Translations under genes and position numbers: made by a program | The notes under the pieces: model-generated | Told to the model about the DNA's origin: nothing | The model's input: the letters and a program-made list of their open reading frames with translations, nothing else | Database searches by the model: none | Part shown: positions 12,001 through 23,000 of the stretch, piece by piece | Numbering within the stretch: the stretch's first letter is position 1 | How the letters are laid out: the number at the start of each line of letters is the position of its first letter | DNA from: Balanoglossus misakiensis | Taxonomy: Eukaryota; Animalia; Hemichordata | Assembly (NCBI GenBank): GCA_040954595.2 | Contig: CM082580.2 | Span: forward strand, 7,106,290-7,170,289 | Length of the DNA stretch: 64,000 nucleotides | Direction: 5' to 3'

Positions 12001-15000
12001 GAGCAGTGCTCTCAACACAGCCATGACGATGTGAACAACAACAACGAAAGTGACCAGGGAAGTCAACTTCACGTCAGTTTCAGCGCGTATGACATTGTGC
12101 ACATGCTGGATGAGGAACCCAATGCGTACATTCTGTGTTCGCTCCCTGTCAACACAGAAACCTGTGAGACGGCACTTTAGATAATGGAGGTGAATTCAGA
12201 GTATAGAAATAGACCTTGATACACCGCCACATAGAGCTAGCAGCTAGTTCAAACAGACAAGTGACCTTTATCCAAGGAAACATTTTCATTTTTTTTTTGT
12301 ATGGCATGATTTTGAAACTCGGAGAACATATCAGCCTACAAACTGTTGTCCTGAACTGCATCAGGAACTTTGAGGATAAGAAGCATGACTGCCAGAAACA
12401 GACGTTCGTGTCAGACACCTGTTTGAACTTCGATAATCTGTTGGAAGTGACAATTGACACTTGACTGAGACATGTTCAACAGACATTGCTATGCTGTATG
12501 TCATTGAAAGACTTGATGGACTGCTTGAATGCCCTCAAGAATGAGGCCCTCACAATCACATGGTGAATACCATACACTCTAACTATGGTACATCAACAAA
12601 CATGACTGCCTTTCTTCACTACAAGCCTTAAAATTTTAAATATTTTCCCACTTTTAATAAATGAAGATTAATCACAGAATTTGGGGTCACTTTCACTGAA
12701 ATACTAGGATCATCTGATCCTTTTATTCCTAACAATTTACACAGTGACTCCAATATTTTCCTTTTTCCATGGTTTCAATATGAGTGATATATTTTGAGAC
12801 CTATATTTTTAGTGTACTATACAATATTCAGTTCAATGCACGCCTGTTCACAAATGTGTAATATAGGAACCTCTTTGCAGTATGTGTTTATACTGTGATC
12901 CTATTTGGTTCACATTTTTATCACACAACTGCCAAGATTTTTATGTATGCATCATCACAGAAACAAAAGATTTTTATGAATTTGTAATTTATAAGAAAAA
13001 TGATTATATGTATATTTGGTTGAATTCACCTTTTGATATGCACCTTTATAATAAAATATATGACTGAAATTTCACACTATTCGATGGTTGCTGATTTCTT
13101 TTCAGACCTCCCAGTTAAAGGAAAGTTAACTATTACATTATCATGATCATCAGCACAGCCAAACCTAGATAGTGTAACAACGAACTAATAGGTAGCTGGA
13201 TGACTTGCCATTACTCTGACTGAACTGTTGAGGGCGCACATTCTCCACAATAATGTTCTGTGATGATGCAAGTGTTTGCTCACAAAAGCACAGACATCTG
13301 TTGTGTTCACATCCTTGTCTCTTGCCCCCTTTGAAAACATTTCGTCTCTTACCTCTGTCAGCAGAACATCTCTACTGTGAAAGATTGTCGACCAGAACCA
13401 GGTATTAACCCCGACCTGTTCAATGTGATAAAACGTGACACCGCCATTAAGGCTGCATTCACAAACACCTCTGGAGGGGGGGGCAGGAGAATTGAGGGGG
13501 GGGATTTGAAAAAATTGAGGGTATGTAAGGGGGGGATTTGAAATAATTTAGGGACTGAAAGGGGGGACTTGAAAACTTTAACGACTAAATATTTATTTTG
13601 AGTCCACAAAAATGCAGTTTCGCGCCCTTTATTTTACAAAATTTTCTAATGTGGGAGGGGGACACCCCCTCCCACACCCACCCCCTCCATTCATCAACAC
13701 CTTTCAATCATTGACTGGTTTATCTAGTGTCCCAGGTCAGGGGACTTGCCCCACCCCATGACGGTTAAATTTGTCCTCCCCAACATACCGGTAGTTGAGT
13801 TAATTTGCTTTTGCCGGGTTCATTAAAATGCAGCTTTGAGCTCTGTATTTTAGAACATTTTCTTACGTGGGAGGGGGACACCCCCTCCCAAACCCACCCC
13901 CTTCAATTCTCGGTTTACAATGTCTCCCAACACAGAATACAAATATATGTACTTAAAAAATAAAAACAATGTTCAGTTTTAATACCCACTCATGAGGGGA
14001 AACATTAGTTTCAAATTCTTTTCATGGGAGCGCTGTTTTTCTTTTTACAAGATAGATAGGTGATGTGTTTTGCTCTGTGAAAGAAAATGGGGGGGGGGGA
14101 TTTCAAAATTTTGGCAGTTCGGAAGGGGGGGATTTGAAAATATTGGCAGTTCGGAAGGGGGGCATGTAAAAATTAGCGGTAAAAAAAATTGAATTCTCCC
14201 GCCCCCCCCTCCAGAGGTGTTTGTGAATGCAGCCTAATGTCATTGAAGTTGAACATGACCTGAAAGATATTCTGCGGCAGCAAGTATGTGGAGAGAGGGG
14301 TTTGCTCACAGAGGTTTCAGGTCATGAACTCATGCAGATCTATACGAGGAAACAAACTGGTATTGGTAGTGATAGCAAATTTGCTGTTTCACAACAAAAT
14401 AATTACCATTTCATTGCACCGTAAGGACGGACTTAGCAACTCACCGCAGCAAATGCGTGCCACACCCAGTACATTGGCGCATCCTTGGGCAGTTGTTTCC
14501 TGTACTCTCTGATTCCTATGATATGCATCAGTCCATTCAGGAAAGAAAAGATCACCGAGGCAGGTTCCTGAATGCCAAGGACACGAATGAAAGGCCACTG
14601 CAGAAATGGGGGTTGAGAAAAAGTGACCATTACTCCATTGGGTATAAAGAAGAAATATACAGTGAAAAATGCAGTTCATCCTGGTGCAACACTACCTTCA
14701 GTTCAGATCTGGGCAACTCTTTATAGTTATAGCGAAAATCTGAAATGCGCAATAAAATAGGTTACGCCGTATGGTACATACAACACTATGTCAAGACTTT
14801 ATACACACACAATCCAACCTATTATAATTCTGATTATGATAATTATATAATTCTTCATTTAATTTATTATCATTATTAACCTTTCCGTGAAATTGTGGAA
14901 TGCCAATGTTATGGGTGGAGAACACCTCCACTGTTGCCCACATACATCCATAGCTACACTCCTGTGGACAGTCCCATCCCATAAGTTTCATGTACAACGG

Positions 15001-15189
15001 TTGTTTCCCATTGAACTGATCCAGGCTGTGTCTGGTGCAGTTCTCTATGCTGCAGTTCCGCGTGCAGTTTCTGTAGTAGGTGGAGCGATCGCCGACGGAG
15101 GCGAGGACATAAGGCAAACTGCTCGCTAGAACCAACGCCCACAGGCAGAGCTTTGCGAAGCTGTCGTTTCTGTTGGTGGTGACGTCCAT
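1..15189 (-). CDS. PGAP3: Post-GPI attachment to proteins factor 3 (Per1 family), 5' part; gene continues beyond the left edge
   Basis: Exons (- strand) 15189-14881 (MDVTT...SVGDRSTYYRNC...WDCPQECSYGCMW...PQFHGK), 14597-14445 (WPFIRVLGIQEPASVIFSFLNG...), 13415-13353 (VGVNTWFWSTIFHSRDVLLTE), 393-332 (RMDYFCAASLLLMNIFTLAV), 132-1 (...CHISYLTFYKFDYGYNMA). All junctions are GT-AG and in phase. QFHGKWPF, QEPAS, WFWSTxFHxRD, MDYFCA and FDYGYN are Per1/PGAP3 signatures. Confidence 0.95.
2893..4092 (+). CDS. Orphan class A (rhodopsin-like, peptide-receptor-like) GPCR, intronless CDS, nested antisense in PGAP3 intron
   Basis: 399-aa ORF with 7 hydrophobic segments: GFVGN (TM1), NLCLAD (TM2), SIDRY.AIC.PL (TM3), TM4 Trp, FFLCTFP (TM6), NSAINTFIY (TM7). 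Strong GC3 bias. Probable splice acceptor ending at 2811. Confidence 0.92.
   Translation: MEKTFNYSMTSGIHATTSAQVQFIIGENITDLELCDLGAAIDLTRQLICLVTIVFGFVGNTIFVVVVAKNQVLHTIVNYYMLNLCLADTLFLIKACIVVTVPVYSYDSLSDENNPTGVCFLWSIMPLYLQYVSMFTIAIISIDRYNAICRPLVAHKFHAKNRSVKLVALTWVIAMVFAMTYSLICLDLGIVAVILSLCIQVLPFLITMTTVSVMYYKVVVEMKRRSKSVSHRFKSSANRQKRQTIRVAFTTTLVFFLCTFPFQVFLFLKILDAVGYVNGGDLCARRIFFQVTVYLLTVNSAINTFIYTVMSELYRNTLVRTFRSRCKSSNARGLEGNRSIVVNSEFDELAARSTFENNGTQMRSVSTNTLVTNVDDIEGGDDRENNNDSAMNDHEITEL
5682..5765. mobile_element. Degenerate piggyBac-type MITE copy
   Basis: ttcaccactatggtttt...cccatcgttttcaatggcaaaggtggacctctat...gggttaa. Confidence 0.55.
6377..6689. mobile_element. ~310-bp interspersed element, Kolobok-like termini
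   Basis: Ends GGTAG...CTACC flanked by ATAA/TTAA. A diverged homolog lies at 53408-53730. Confidence 0.6.
10662..10748. mobile_element. Degenerate piggyBac-type MITE copy just upstream of the GPCR2 acceptor
   Basis: ccactatggttcagtccaaaagccattgttttctatggcaaggttggatctctgaagagggaactggggg matches the family body. Confidence 0.65.
10801..12180 (+). CDS. Orphan class A GPCR, paralogue of 2893..4092, intronless CDS, nested antisense in PGAP3 intron
   Basis: 459-aa ORF: N-glycosylation sequons at N-terminus (NYT, NIT, NDT), GIIGN, NLSVAD, SIERYVAICHPL, YFLCLLP, NASANPLIY, long acidic C-tail. Shares SMFTIAxISIxRY with the first receptor. Acceptor ctcctag ends at 10787. Confidence 0.93.
   Translation: MMNYTTTAWVTTTSDDFNITFNDTDNNDTDGNADVPYPGRNTLYTVLLVVICVWGIIGNIAFMHVMRKVSYMHTVTNIYLLNLSVADLLFLTLGAAMRIVPIYTQYISLVCLIQSFLIYVSSFASMFTIALISIERYVAICHPLKRRHFDLQRSRCARHIVVIWALALLFTVPSILYCYIPQLEMYLTSLIVKTVPFFVSLLIIVVTYTLMISKLTCRQTVAHKMLEVIVASKRRKRRLHVVRMLLVTAVVYFLCLLPYHLLQYVLIASALGAQVSAGVIEAFLRMSEILLYINASANPLIYNIMSRQYRKAFRKAFGCRTAAQEDESYFSANMETRRRSTTATASQRDRTTANNASVDIEDGSGRMNNTDDTNSSGSFEDVNQLSINHQAYDNPAFTNDEQCSQHSHDDVNNNNESDQGSQLHVSFSAYDIVHMLDEEPNAYILCSLPVNTETCETAL
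13451..14234. mobile_element. Non-autonomous PIF/Harbinger-type MITE (~784 bp) in PGAP3 intron
   Basis: TIR GGCTGCATTCACAAACACCTCTGGAGGGGGGGG at left, its reverse complement at right, flanked by TAA on both sides. Internal GGGGGGATTTGAAA subrepeats and a duplicated GGGAGGGGGACACCCCCTCC motif. No transposase ORF. Confidence 0.85.
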
Positions 15190-15474
15190 ACTTGCTGGGA
15201 CATAATTTGCATCATGGTCCCATGGACCAGTCCTGAAATCGGAGAATGCACCTGGTGTTAGAAGTGGACAAAAACTGAAGAACAACAATTTTTGAACATA
15301 CCATAATTTTGAACAGTTGCCTTGGTTATATGTTGATAATTAGCCATTTTATGACATCAACTGTAAATGACCTCACACAGTCACTGTTCAGACTGTTGTT
15401 ACTGGCTGATCAAATTGAAGGACATTTATGCATTTGTTACTGTGATTTTTAATGATAGTTTCTTTGCCAAATAA

Positions 15475-15475
<1 letters not shown>

Positions 15476-15508
<33 letters not shown>
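15476..15508. repeat. (ATCA)n microsatellite
   Basis: Direct reading. Confidence 0.9.
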
Positions 15509-15509
<1 letters not shown>

Positions 15510-15645
15510 TTTACTTCCGCATAGAGCATCAACATAAACGACTTTTGATCATGATCTGTGCAACTGCTGTGGGTGTGAGCAAAGGCCACAGTATGTGGGT
15601 GTGTCATCAGGTCATTCAACGGTCACTACCATATCTCCACCCGTA

Positions 15646-15810
15646 CGCATGGAATTTTTTCGTTTCTACCCTGCGATCGCGCCCATGAATCAGGGTAGAA
15701 ACTAGCTGCAATGATTGTAGCGGGTGCTGCTAGGTTGATGATATGTTCTCAGCCCTAGCAGCACCCGCTACCATCATTCCAGCCAGGTAGAAACGAACAA
15801 ATCCCATGCG
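15646..15810. repeat. 165-bp fold-back inverted repeat with an internal side hairpin
   Basis: cgcatggaattttttcgtttctacc pairs with ggtagaaacgaacaaatcccatgcg. Inner gtagcgggtgctgctagg pairs with cctagcagcacccgctac. Confidence 0.8.
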
Positions 15811-16269
15811 ACTTCCCCCATCCAAGCAGAGGTCAACTTTGATAATTATCATTTGAAAGAACAACACCACTTCAGCGTCCATGGCCAAAGCAAACAGTGT
15901 ATAGTACGTTTATTATTTTAGCGTAAAAGCCTGTTGATCGTTCAAAAAACGTCATGATCAATAACAGGTTCCATCTTGTCTTTCAAGATGTCTTTCAATT
16001 CAAGCGCGTCTTTACATTGTCGTCGTTGGCATGGGTACGGATGAAGCTTACATTCAGTGACGTAATAAATGTAAATTTTTACCGACAAAATAATTGCTGA
16101 GACGTCGCTGGTCGCACACTGCAAAAACATATATACTTAACTTACAGGATTAAAAGTGTGTACTCCCTCACCCTTTTCCAAAATTCTGCCTCCGTTCTTC
16201 GCGCTAAGCAATCGAAAACCTTCCTCAAGTGACCTTTCAACTTGCTAAGGTCAAAACATAAACTGGACC

Positions 16270-16400
16270 TGGGGATTGGTTGATCCAATGAGCCGATTGA
16301 AAATTCGACCAATAACAACAATTCTTTCTGGTTTACGTGAAAAGAATAATTGCGCAAGCGCAGAAGGCAACACCTGCAGTTTGCGACGAAAGCAGGAAGG
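16270..16400. promoter_or_regulatory. Probable bidirectional promoter PGAP3/AVL9
   Basis: Clustered ATTGG/CCAAT boxes (16276-16311), NRF1-like TGCGCAAGCGCA (16351-16362), GGAAG ETS core. A minus-strand donor (cttac 16141-16145) suggests a PGAP3 5'UTR exon. Confidence 0.6.
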
Positions 16401-16465
16401 AGTCTAATAATTTGTTGTGCAAGGAAACTGGGAAATTGAGATGCTCAAATGTAACTATTGTAACA

Positions 16466-16968
16466 ATGGCGGAGATTTCCGATCAGACTGAACCAGTCCT
16501 ACATGTCGTCGTGGTTGGATTTCACCATAAACGCGGCTGTCAGGTAAAAATACACGACACGCCCCCAATCCCAGCAGATCCTTTTTCGCAGGAATTCATC
16601 AATCAATGATCTGCTCGAACTATTGATATTGTAGTTTCATTCACATTGTACCATTACTGGTACCTCAACTATCTATGGTTGTAGAAACTTGTTGTACGTA
16701 TGTTTTGGTAATGATAATTACTTATGAACATGTAATTGTAACAGGTCTTTTTCTGTGTGCGTAGAGGTGTACATGTACATTACACATGTTTACGTAGGAG
16801 GTCATTCTTCCATGGCTTGAAATTAATTCGTGTAATCAGCGGCGTACAATGACGCCGTAGGTCATGTCACTGAGTAGGTTTTGCCTTGGTTTGTGTGTTA
16901 GACGGCAAACTAAGGCAAAACCTCGAGCTACTGAACTGCAGCTAGTCACTGAGATGAGCTCAGCGAAC

Positions 16969-17003
<35 letters not shown>

Positions 17004-17004
17004 A

Positions 17005-17039
<35 letters not shown>

Positions 17040-20000
17040 ACAACAACAAACCAATATTGGGAGATTCCCGTTTGTTGACATCATGTTAGATACACCCACT
17101 TAAAAAAAAACACGGAGTAATGTGTGGGAATATTAAGATTTGTAACTTTCACCCAGTAAAAATCAATCATTGTACATGTACAAATGTATGTGCTGTATCT
17201 GTGTATGTATTAAGTAACAGATACATGGATGTAAACATTTGATAAACATAACAAAATACTGAAAAAATAGCCAGAAGTTACAGATAGTGGCCCTTTGATA
17301 TACGTCCAGGTTTGAATCAGTTCATTTGTCAATTACAACAATGCCAAATTATATATAAACATTATGTTGTGTTGACAAGCAGAATACTGGGCATTTTAGC
17401 ACAATTATTTACTAGGGAGAATAATATTGTAGCTGGTACAAGAAAAATATTTTTAAAATACTGAAGTAACATTTACTTTCCCTTTTTACAAATAATCTAA
17501 TTTATAAGAAGATAGTACATGTTTTTACTGATACTATACAGCTGTGCATAGAAAATAATGGACAAATTTACCTAGGGGTATTATTACACTAGTTAATTTT
17601 GAGTGTAAGAGAATACACCATTCCAAGTTTTATATGTACAGAATCTGTCTATTATTTTGATATGAGAGACTGGAGGCTACCTTGTGTGTGACAATGATGG
17701 CATCTCATTTGGGCATGCCTGGCCTCTCTAATTCTACAAATATAAATGCACACGACTATCATTAGTATCAATGCATTGTGTAGTTTAGAAATTGATTGAA
17801 TGACTTCTGATGCCCAATTGAAGTGCACTCATTGATAACATTACATGTATGTGCAGATTCGTAATTATCATCATTAAATATGGTGTCACTCATGGCTCAG
17901 GCAATTGCAAACTGTACAGCGATCTGTGACTTAAAAAGTTGGGTTACATTATTTTGTTTTAAGCTTTATCTAAGGAAAACAACAACAAAACGAAAAGTTC
18001 TATTAAAATGTCAAATCACTTTATTAGGTAAATACATGTAAGTTTAGCTATCCCAGGAGAAATGGTACCTAGATACGTTACATGTACATGCCAGGCAGGG
18101 CTTAACCATGTAAGAGATATTTGAAGCCTGTTTGAAACAAGTAATACCGTAATATAGAAAGGCATAACAATTTAAAGGTATAAAAGTATTTTTCAAATTT
18201 ATTTCTAGGTTGATTTTTCCTACCCTCCATTGATACCTGGACAAGCTCTGGACAGCCATGAAGTTCCAACCCAGTGGAAATATCTGCCCTTTCTAGCTTT
18301 ACCAGATGGAGCACACAATTTCACAGAAGGTAAAATTAGTAGTTGTCAATTTTGCTGCTATTTACAAATAAGTATGTTAGTACATCATGGCCAGAAAATT
18401 AGGTTCACTAGCATAGGTATTGCCACATTGTGAAACCATGTGACAATATATGACCCGCTATGCTGCATAGGCATTAGTCCATGGGCCTCCAAGTGTATGT
18501 TTTAGCTCCTATTCAGGATATGTACATATACCAGTGGGAGTTTATGGGATCAGCCAGTACCTGGCATCTGTCTACAAATGTATTTCTCAGGATTGGTTTG
18601 TCCTATTTCTTTTAAGTTTGGTTTGTAGGGTTTTAGCAGTATTGCCCAATGGAACCTGCCTGTTCAAATCTCAGCTTAAAAAGTGTCTTACCAAAAAAAA
18701 TTATGATATCAGGTGCTCAAATAACTAAATATCTTTTTGACATTTTCAGATACTGTGTATTTCCATTTGCCAGACAAAGATGATGCTAATCAGACCATAT
18801 ATGGTGTATCCTGTTTCAGGCAAATTGAGTCGAAGGTAACCCAACACTCTTGTGCAGCGCTTTCTATAAAATCGCCATAGATATTAATTATTAATGATGC
18901 TGAATTTCCATTACCCTAATTAATAATTTATGAAAAAGCCACAGATTATAAACTGATGAACAGGTGAATCTGTCCCATTTAACTTCTGATATTAGTCAAA
19001 ATTTTCTTCCACTTTGCATATATACAGGTGGTATTGATTTATATAAATGTTCAAATTTTTTCATCAGGATCTCATTAACCGAAGTGCTGATATGACCAGA
19101 GGAACTGTTTTGAAGAGTGTGTGTGTTCTCAGTAAACTGGTAAGTATTTCTCAGTGTTTTCAAATGTAAAACATCTCTGGAGTACCATTTTCAAGATTAT
19201 GAGAATTGTTTAAATGTTTCTTGCAATAAACTCATCAGACATTGTAGTACTAGTTGCTGCTGCAAATAGGATTTGTGGTTTACAAATGTATGTTGTTCAT
19301 TGCATGTTTATGTTTTCTCGATTCATTACAGCCCCTGTATGGTCTGTTTCAAGCTAAACTTCAGCTGATCACATATGCGTACTTCAAAGAAAGGGATTTC
19401 ACAAAGACTGAAATTCTCAAGGTTGGTGCAATCTTCATACTGAATTTAGCATGCACGTGACGAAATATACCCAGGTTGTCTGGATGCTGAAGGAGGCACC
19501 CTATTTGCTTTGGTACGGTAGTTTGTATTGCTTGTAATAAACACACAGATGGCAGCTACATGCTAATTTCAGCATCACAAACTTTTATTGACAGTCAGGG
19601 GCTAAGGACCTTAAACTCTCAGTCATGTTTTACAACATTATGTGTTTCACATCAAACTGTGAAATAGAAAGTTACTTTTCAAAGGCTGAAATTCCCAAGG
19701 TTGTTTCAGTCTTTGTTTCAAATTTGGTCTCTCAGCCCCATGTTAATACAGTTACAATGTACAGTATACACACTAGAACATAGCTTAAAATCTGCCTTCT
19801 TTTGCAGGAGCTCTATGAGAGTCTTAGTGGTTCTATCAGCTCAAGTCTTACAGGGGAACCCAGCCAGCTGTTCCTGGGGTTGTCAGTCAGGGAATTGATA
19901 ATGCGGTTCAAACACAAGGTAAACTTTATTATTCACAAAGAGACAATATTTCAAAACATGTTCCATGAGGCCTGTCTAAATGCAATGCTTATTGAAATGA

Positions 20001-23000
20001 TACTGAAAGTATCAGTTAATGGAAATCATTAAAAATTAAACCCAAGATGTGTTTAATAGAGCGTTGCAATTATACTTTTTTGCCTCCTCAGGCTCCTGCA
20101 AGCGTATTGTAACCTTATTTCTCTTTCAGATCCTGATACTGTTTAAGCTGTTGCTGTTGGAAAGAAGAGTTCTGATGTTTGGTTCCCCTGTGAAAACACT
20201 CTGCAGTACCCTTCTGTCATGTGTCTCTCTGTTTCCAGGTAAAGTTGAACAGTGTGTGTCTTTTGGTATTAGTGAAAGTTGCAATGTCTAAGATAAAAGA
20301 ACTCTTAATTTGTATATAGTCAGTAGTTGTGGTATTTCACAAGTTCCAGTGCCTACTTCATCTGGACAATAATTAGCGTCAAAGGCCGCCTCCCCTGTGA
20401 CCGAGACCCGACAATGAATGCCTTTGAAATCTACAGCTTCATTCATTTCAACAATAAAGAACATAATAATTACACAAAAAAGGAGTTTAACATCATGGTC
20501 TCAGCCACCGCGATTGGATGCTTGTTATAAAGAATTGTTTTTTGGTAGCACATTTATTTTTTGTTTTGCTCACTCCGTTGAAATTAGTCTTTGCTTTCCG
20601 ACCAGAGGAATTTTGCATTTTCTTGTTTATAGTGAGTTGATAAATTTTTGGAGTAGCACCAATTTTATCATAGAAGCCAATGGCAAACTCACAGCAGCTA
20701 GAAATCAAACTGTGAAATGTAACATAGCTGGTGGGATTTCCAAATTTGCCAGCAAAAAATGAACCCCATGTGACATACTTATTTTTTCTCAATGAATCTC
20801 TAAATAACCAGCACGAACGTTTAATTAAAACAATCCTGCTAGTTTGTATTCTAATTTATTCTGGTTCCTTGGACGCACAGTTCAGTAAAATCACATGCTG
20901 CAGTCAAATCCCAAGCACAGCTGTGTAGGCAAGATTTAAGTGCAACTGCTAATTTGTACTATGAGCTTTTTACTCTTTTTTTAAAACCAGAAACGTATCA
21001 ACTTATTTTGTGCGTTACCTGGCTACTAATCTGTAAGTGAGAATGTCTCGCCTTTTTTATTTGATATTAAAAGCGAAACCATTTTGATTATGAAGAAGAA
21101 TTATATTAAATTTCATCTGTTGTAGATTTCATAATCCTGCGGGATTGATCCAGTTCTACAGATGTAGACGTAGATTATAGCTGAAAAAAGATTACACTAG
21201 TCTGGGAAAATGAGAGAACACTTAATTTAGGTATTGTCGCCAGTATTAGCACAGTTCTGGTATTTTACAAATTGTAAGGTATTATATAGGTCAGTACTCT
21301 CAGGCCATAATCCAAGGACACAATGAGTCAATGCAGCCCCATCACAAAATAATTTCCTCCATAAATAGATATTTAATCCTGTACTAATCAAGCTCCGTGT
21401 AAAACATATGGCCGCTTCATCATATAACTCTGAAGTCATCAATCGATGAGTGTAACGAGATATATTGTAAAGATTTTGCTGTCTACAACAGACTGTAATC
21501 CAATAGTAATTAATAGTGACTGTAAAAAATATTTAGTGACACACACATTGGTGAATATTTTAACTATAAAGATTGAAGCTAATGACTGACTTCCCAAATT
21601 AACATAATATTTGTAGTCCTTAAATTGAATAACATTATGTGGACTGTAATTATATAACACATGTTTTTGCCCAGTAAAAATAATACATTTTCACTGTACA
21701 TGTATGCAGTTCTCTGCACTGAATAACATAATTTACAATGGTGGCACATATAATCACAAGAACCAGCCAATGCGACATGCCTGAACTTGATTCCACAGTT
21801 ATGTAAAAGTAAAATTGTGATTTTAATTGACAGTATGCTGAATTTAACAAAATGATATTCAATTCGTTTATATCAATATTGACATTAGGCAGTGTGCATG
21901 ATAGAAAACTGAAAATACAAAATAATCTTGTGTCCTTTATCCAAATATAATGAGACAAAGTCAAAATGTTGCTACGCAGAATACTGATAGGTTTGACTGT
22001 ATTAGTAGTAAGAGTCAAACTGATGTCTGTTTCAATATTTAGGTCGTGGTTGCGACTGCTGTTAATGCCGTGTTTTTGTTCTTGCTTGATTTCAGATATG
22101 ATCGAAACGGGTCTTTCCGAGTGTACCAGCTACGACAGGGGAAGGCCTGTAACAACAGACCTGGAATTGACAGACTTTGGGATTGAAACGGAGGAGTATC
22201 TCGACGTCAACATCACGGACATCCCGGATTACTCGAAGCGACAGACGAGGCAGCAGTCAAGAACATCGGAAGAAGGCAAAGACCACGACCAGACTGGGAA
22301 TGGGGAGCAAGGAGAAAAACACAGCACGGATTGTGTGGGAAAGGGGATGAACAATTTTGCCGCGGAACGTACCGCAAAAGGTGGTACGAAGAAAAATGCA
22401 ACACTGAATGACAGAAATTTACACGGGAGTGCCGGGTCAGGTGCCACAACGCCCGCAAGCCGATCAGACCCGCAGAGGACCCTAGAGGACGACCTCTTGG
22501 ACTTGATCGATCAGGAACTATGCGAAGAGACGGAAAAACCAGACGTTGAAATTGGCACGAAGGACAGGACTGTGGAAAATGAAAGGAACGCAGATCAGGG
22601 GACAGTGTTGGAAGATGTTGTTTTCAACAATGGTGACGTTGATGAGGAATACACGATCATCAGCTCTCCCAAATTACCAAACTTTCAAATGGACAGTTTT
22701 GGGTTCCCTCAAGCATTATTTACAAAGGTAAAATAGCACATAACATTATGATTTTTGCTGCAAAAATGTTTTTGCCAAGAGAAGAAGTCCAGGGAGGGGA
22801 CCAATATCTTCAGTTTGTGGATGTTTTTTTATTATAAGCTTTTTCAACATGGCATCCTGTATGAAGGAACTGTGATAAGACATTCAAAATGGGTTGTATG
22901 TAGCGTTTGGTTTAGACATATTTAAATTTCATTTGTATTGATTTGTTTAACATATACGTGCATTAATTTGTTTGTTGATTGACAGGGCTCAGTGTGCCAC

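Noticed and set aside
10765-12102. 445-aa antisense ORF (and 244-aa shifted ORF) over GPCR2
   Set aside because: Shadow ORFs caused by extreme GC3 bias; no recognisable domain.
16864-17103. Poly-His ORF
   Set aside because: Translation of an intronic (CAT)n microsatellite.
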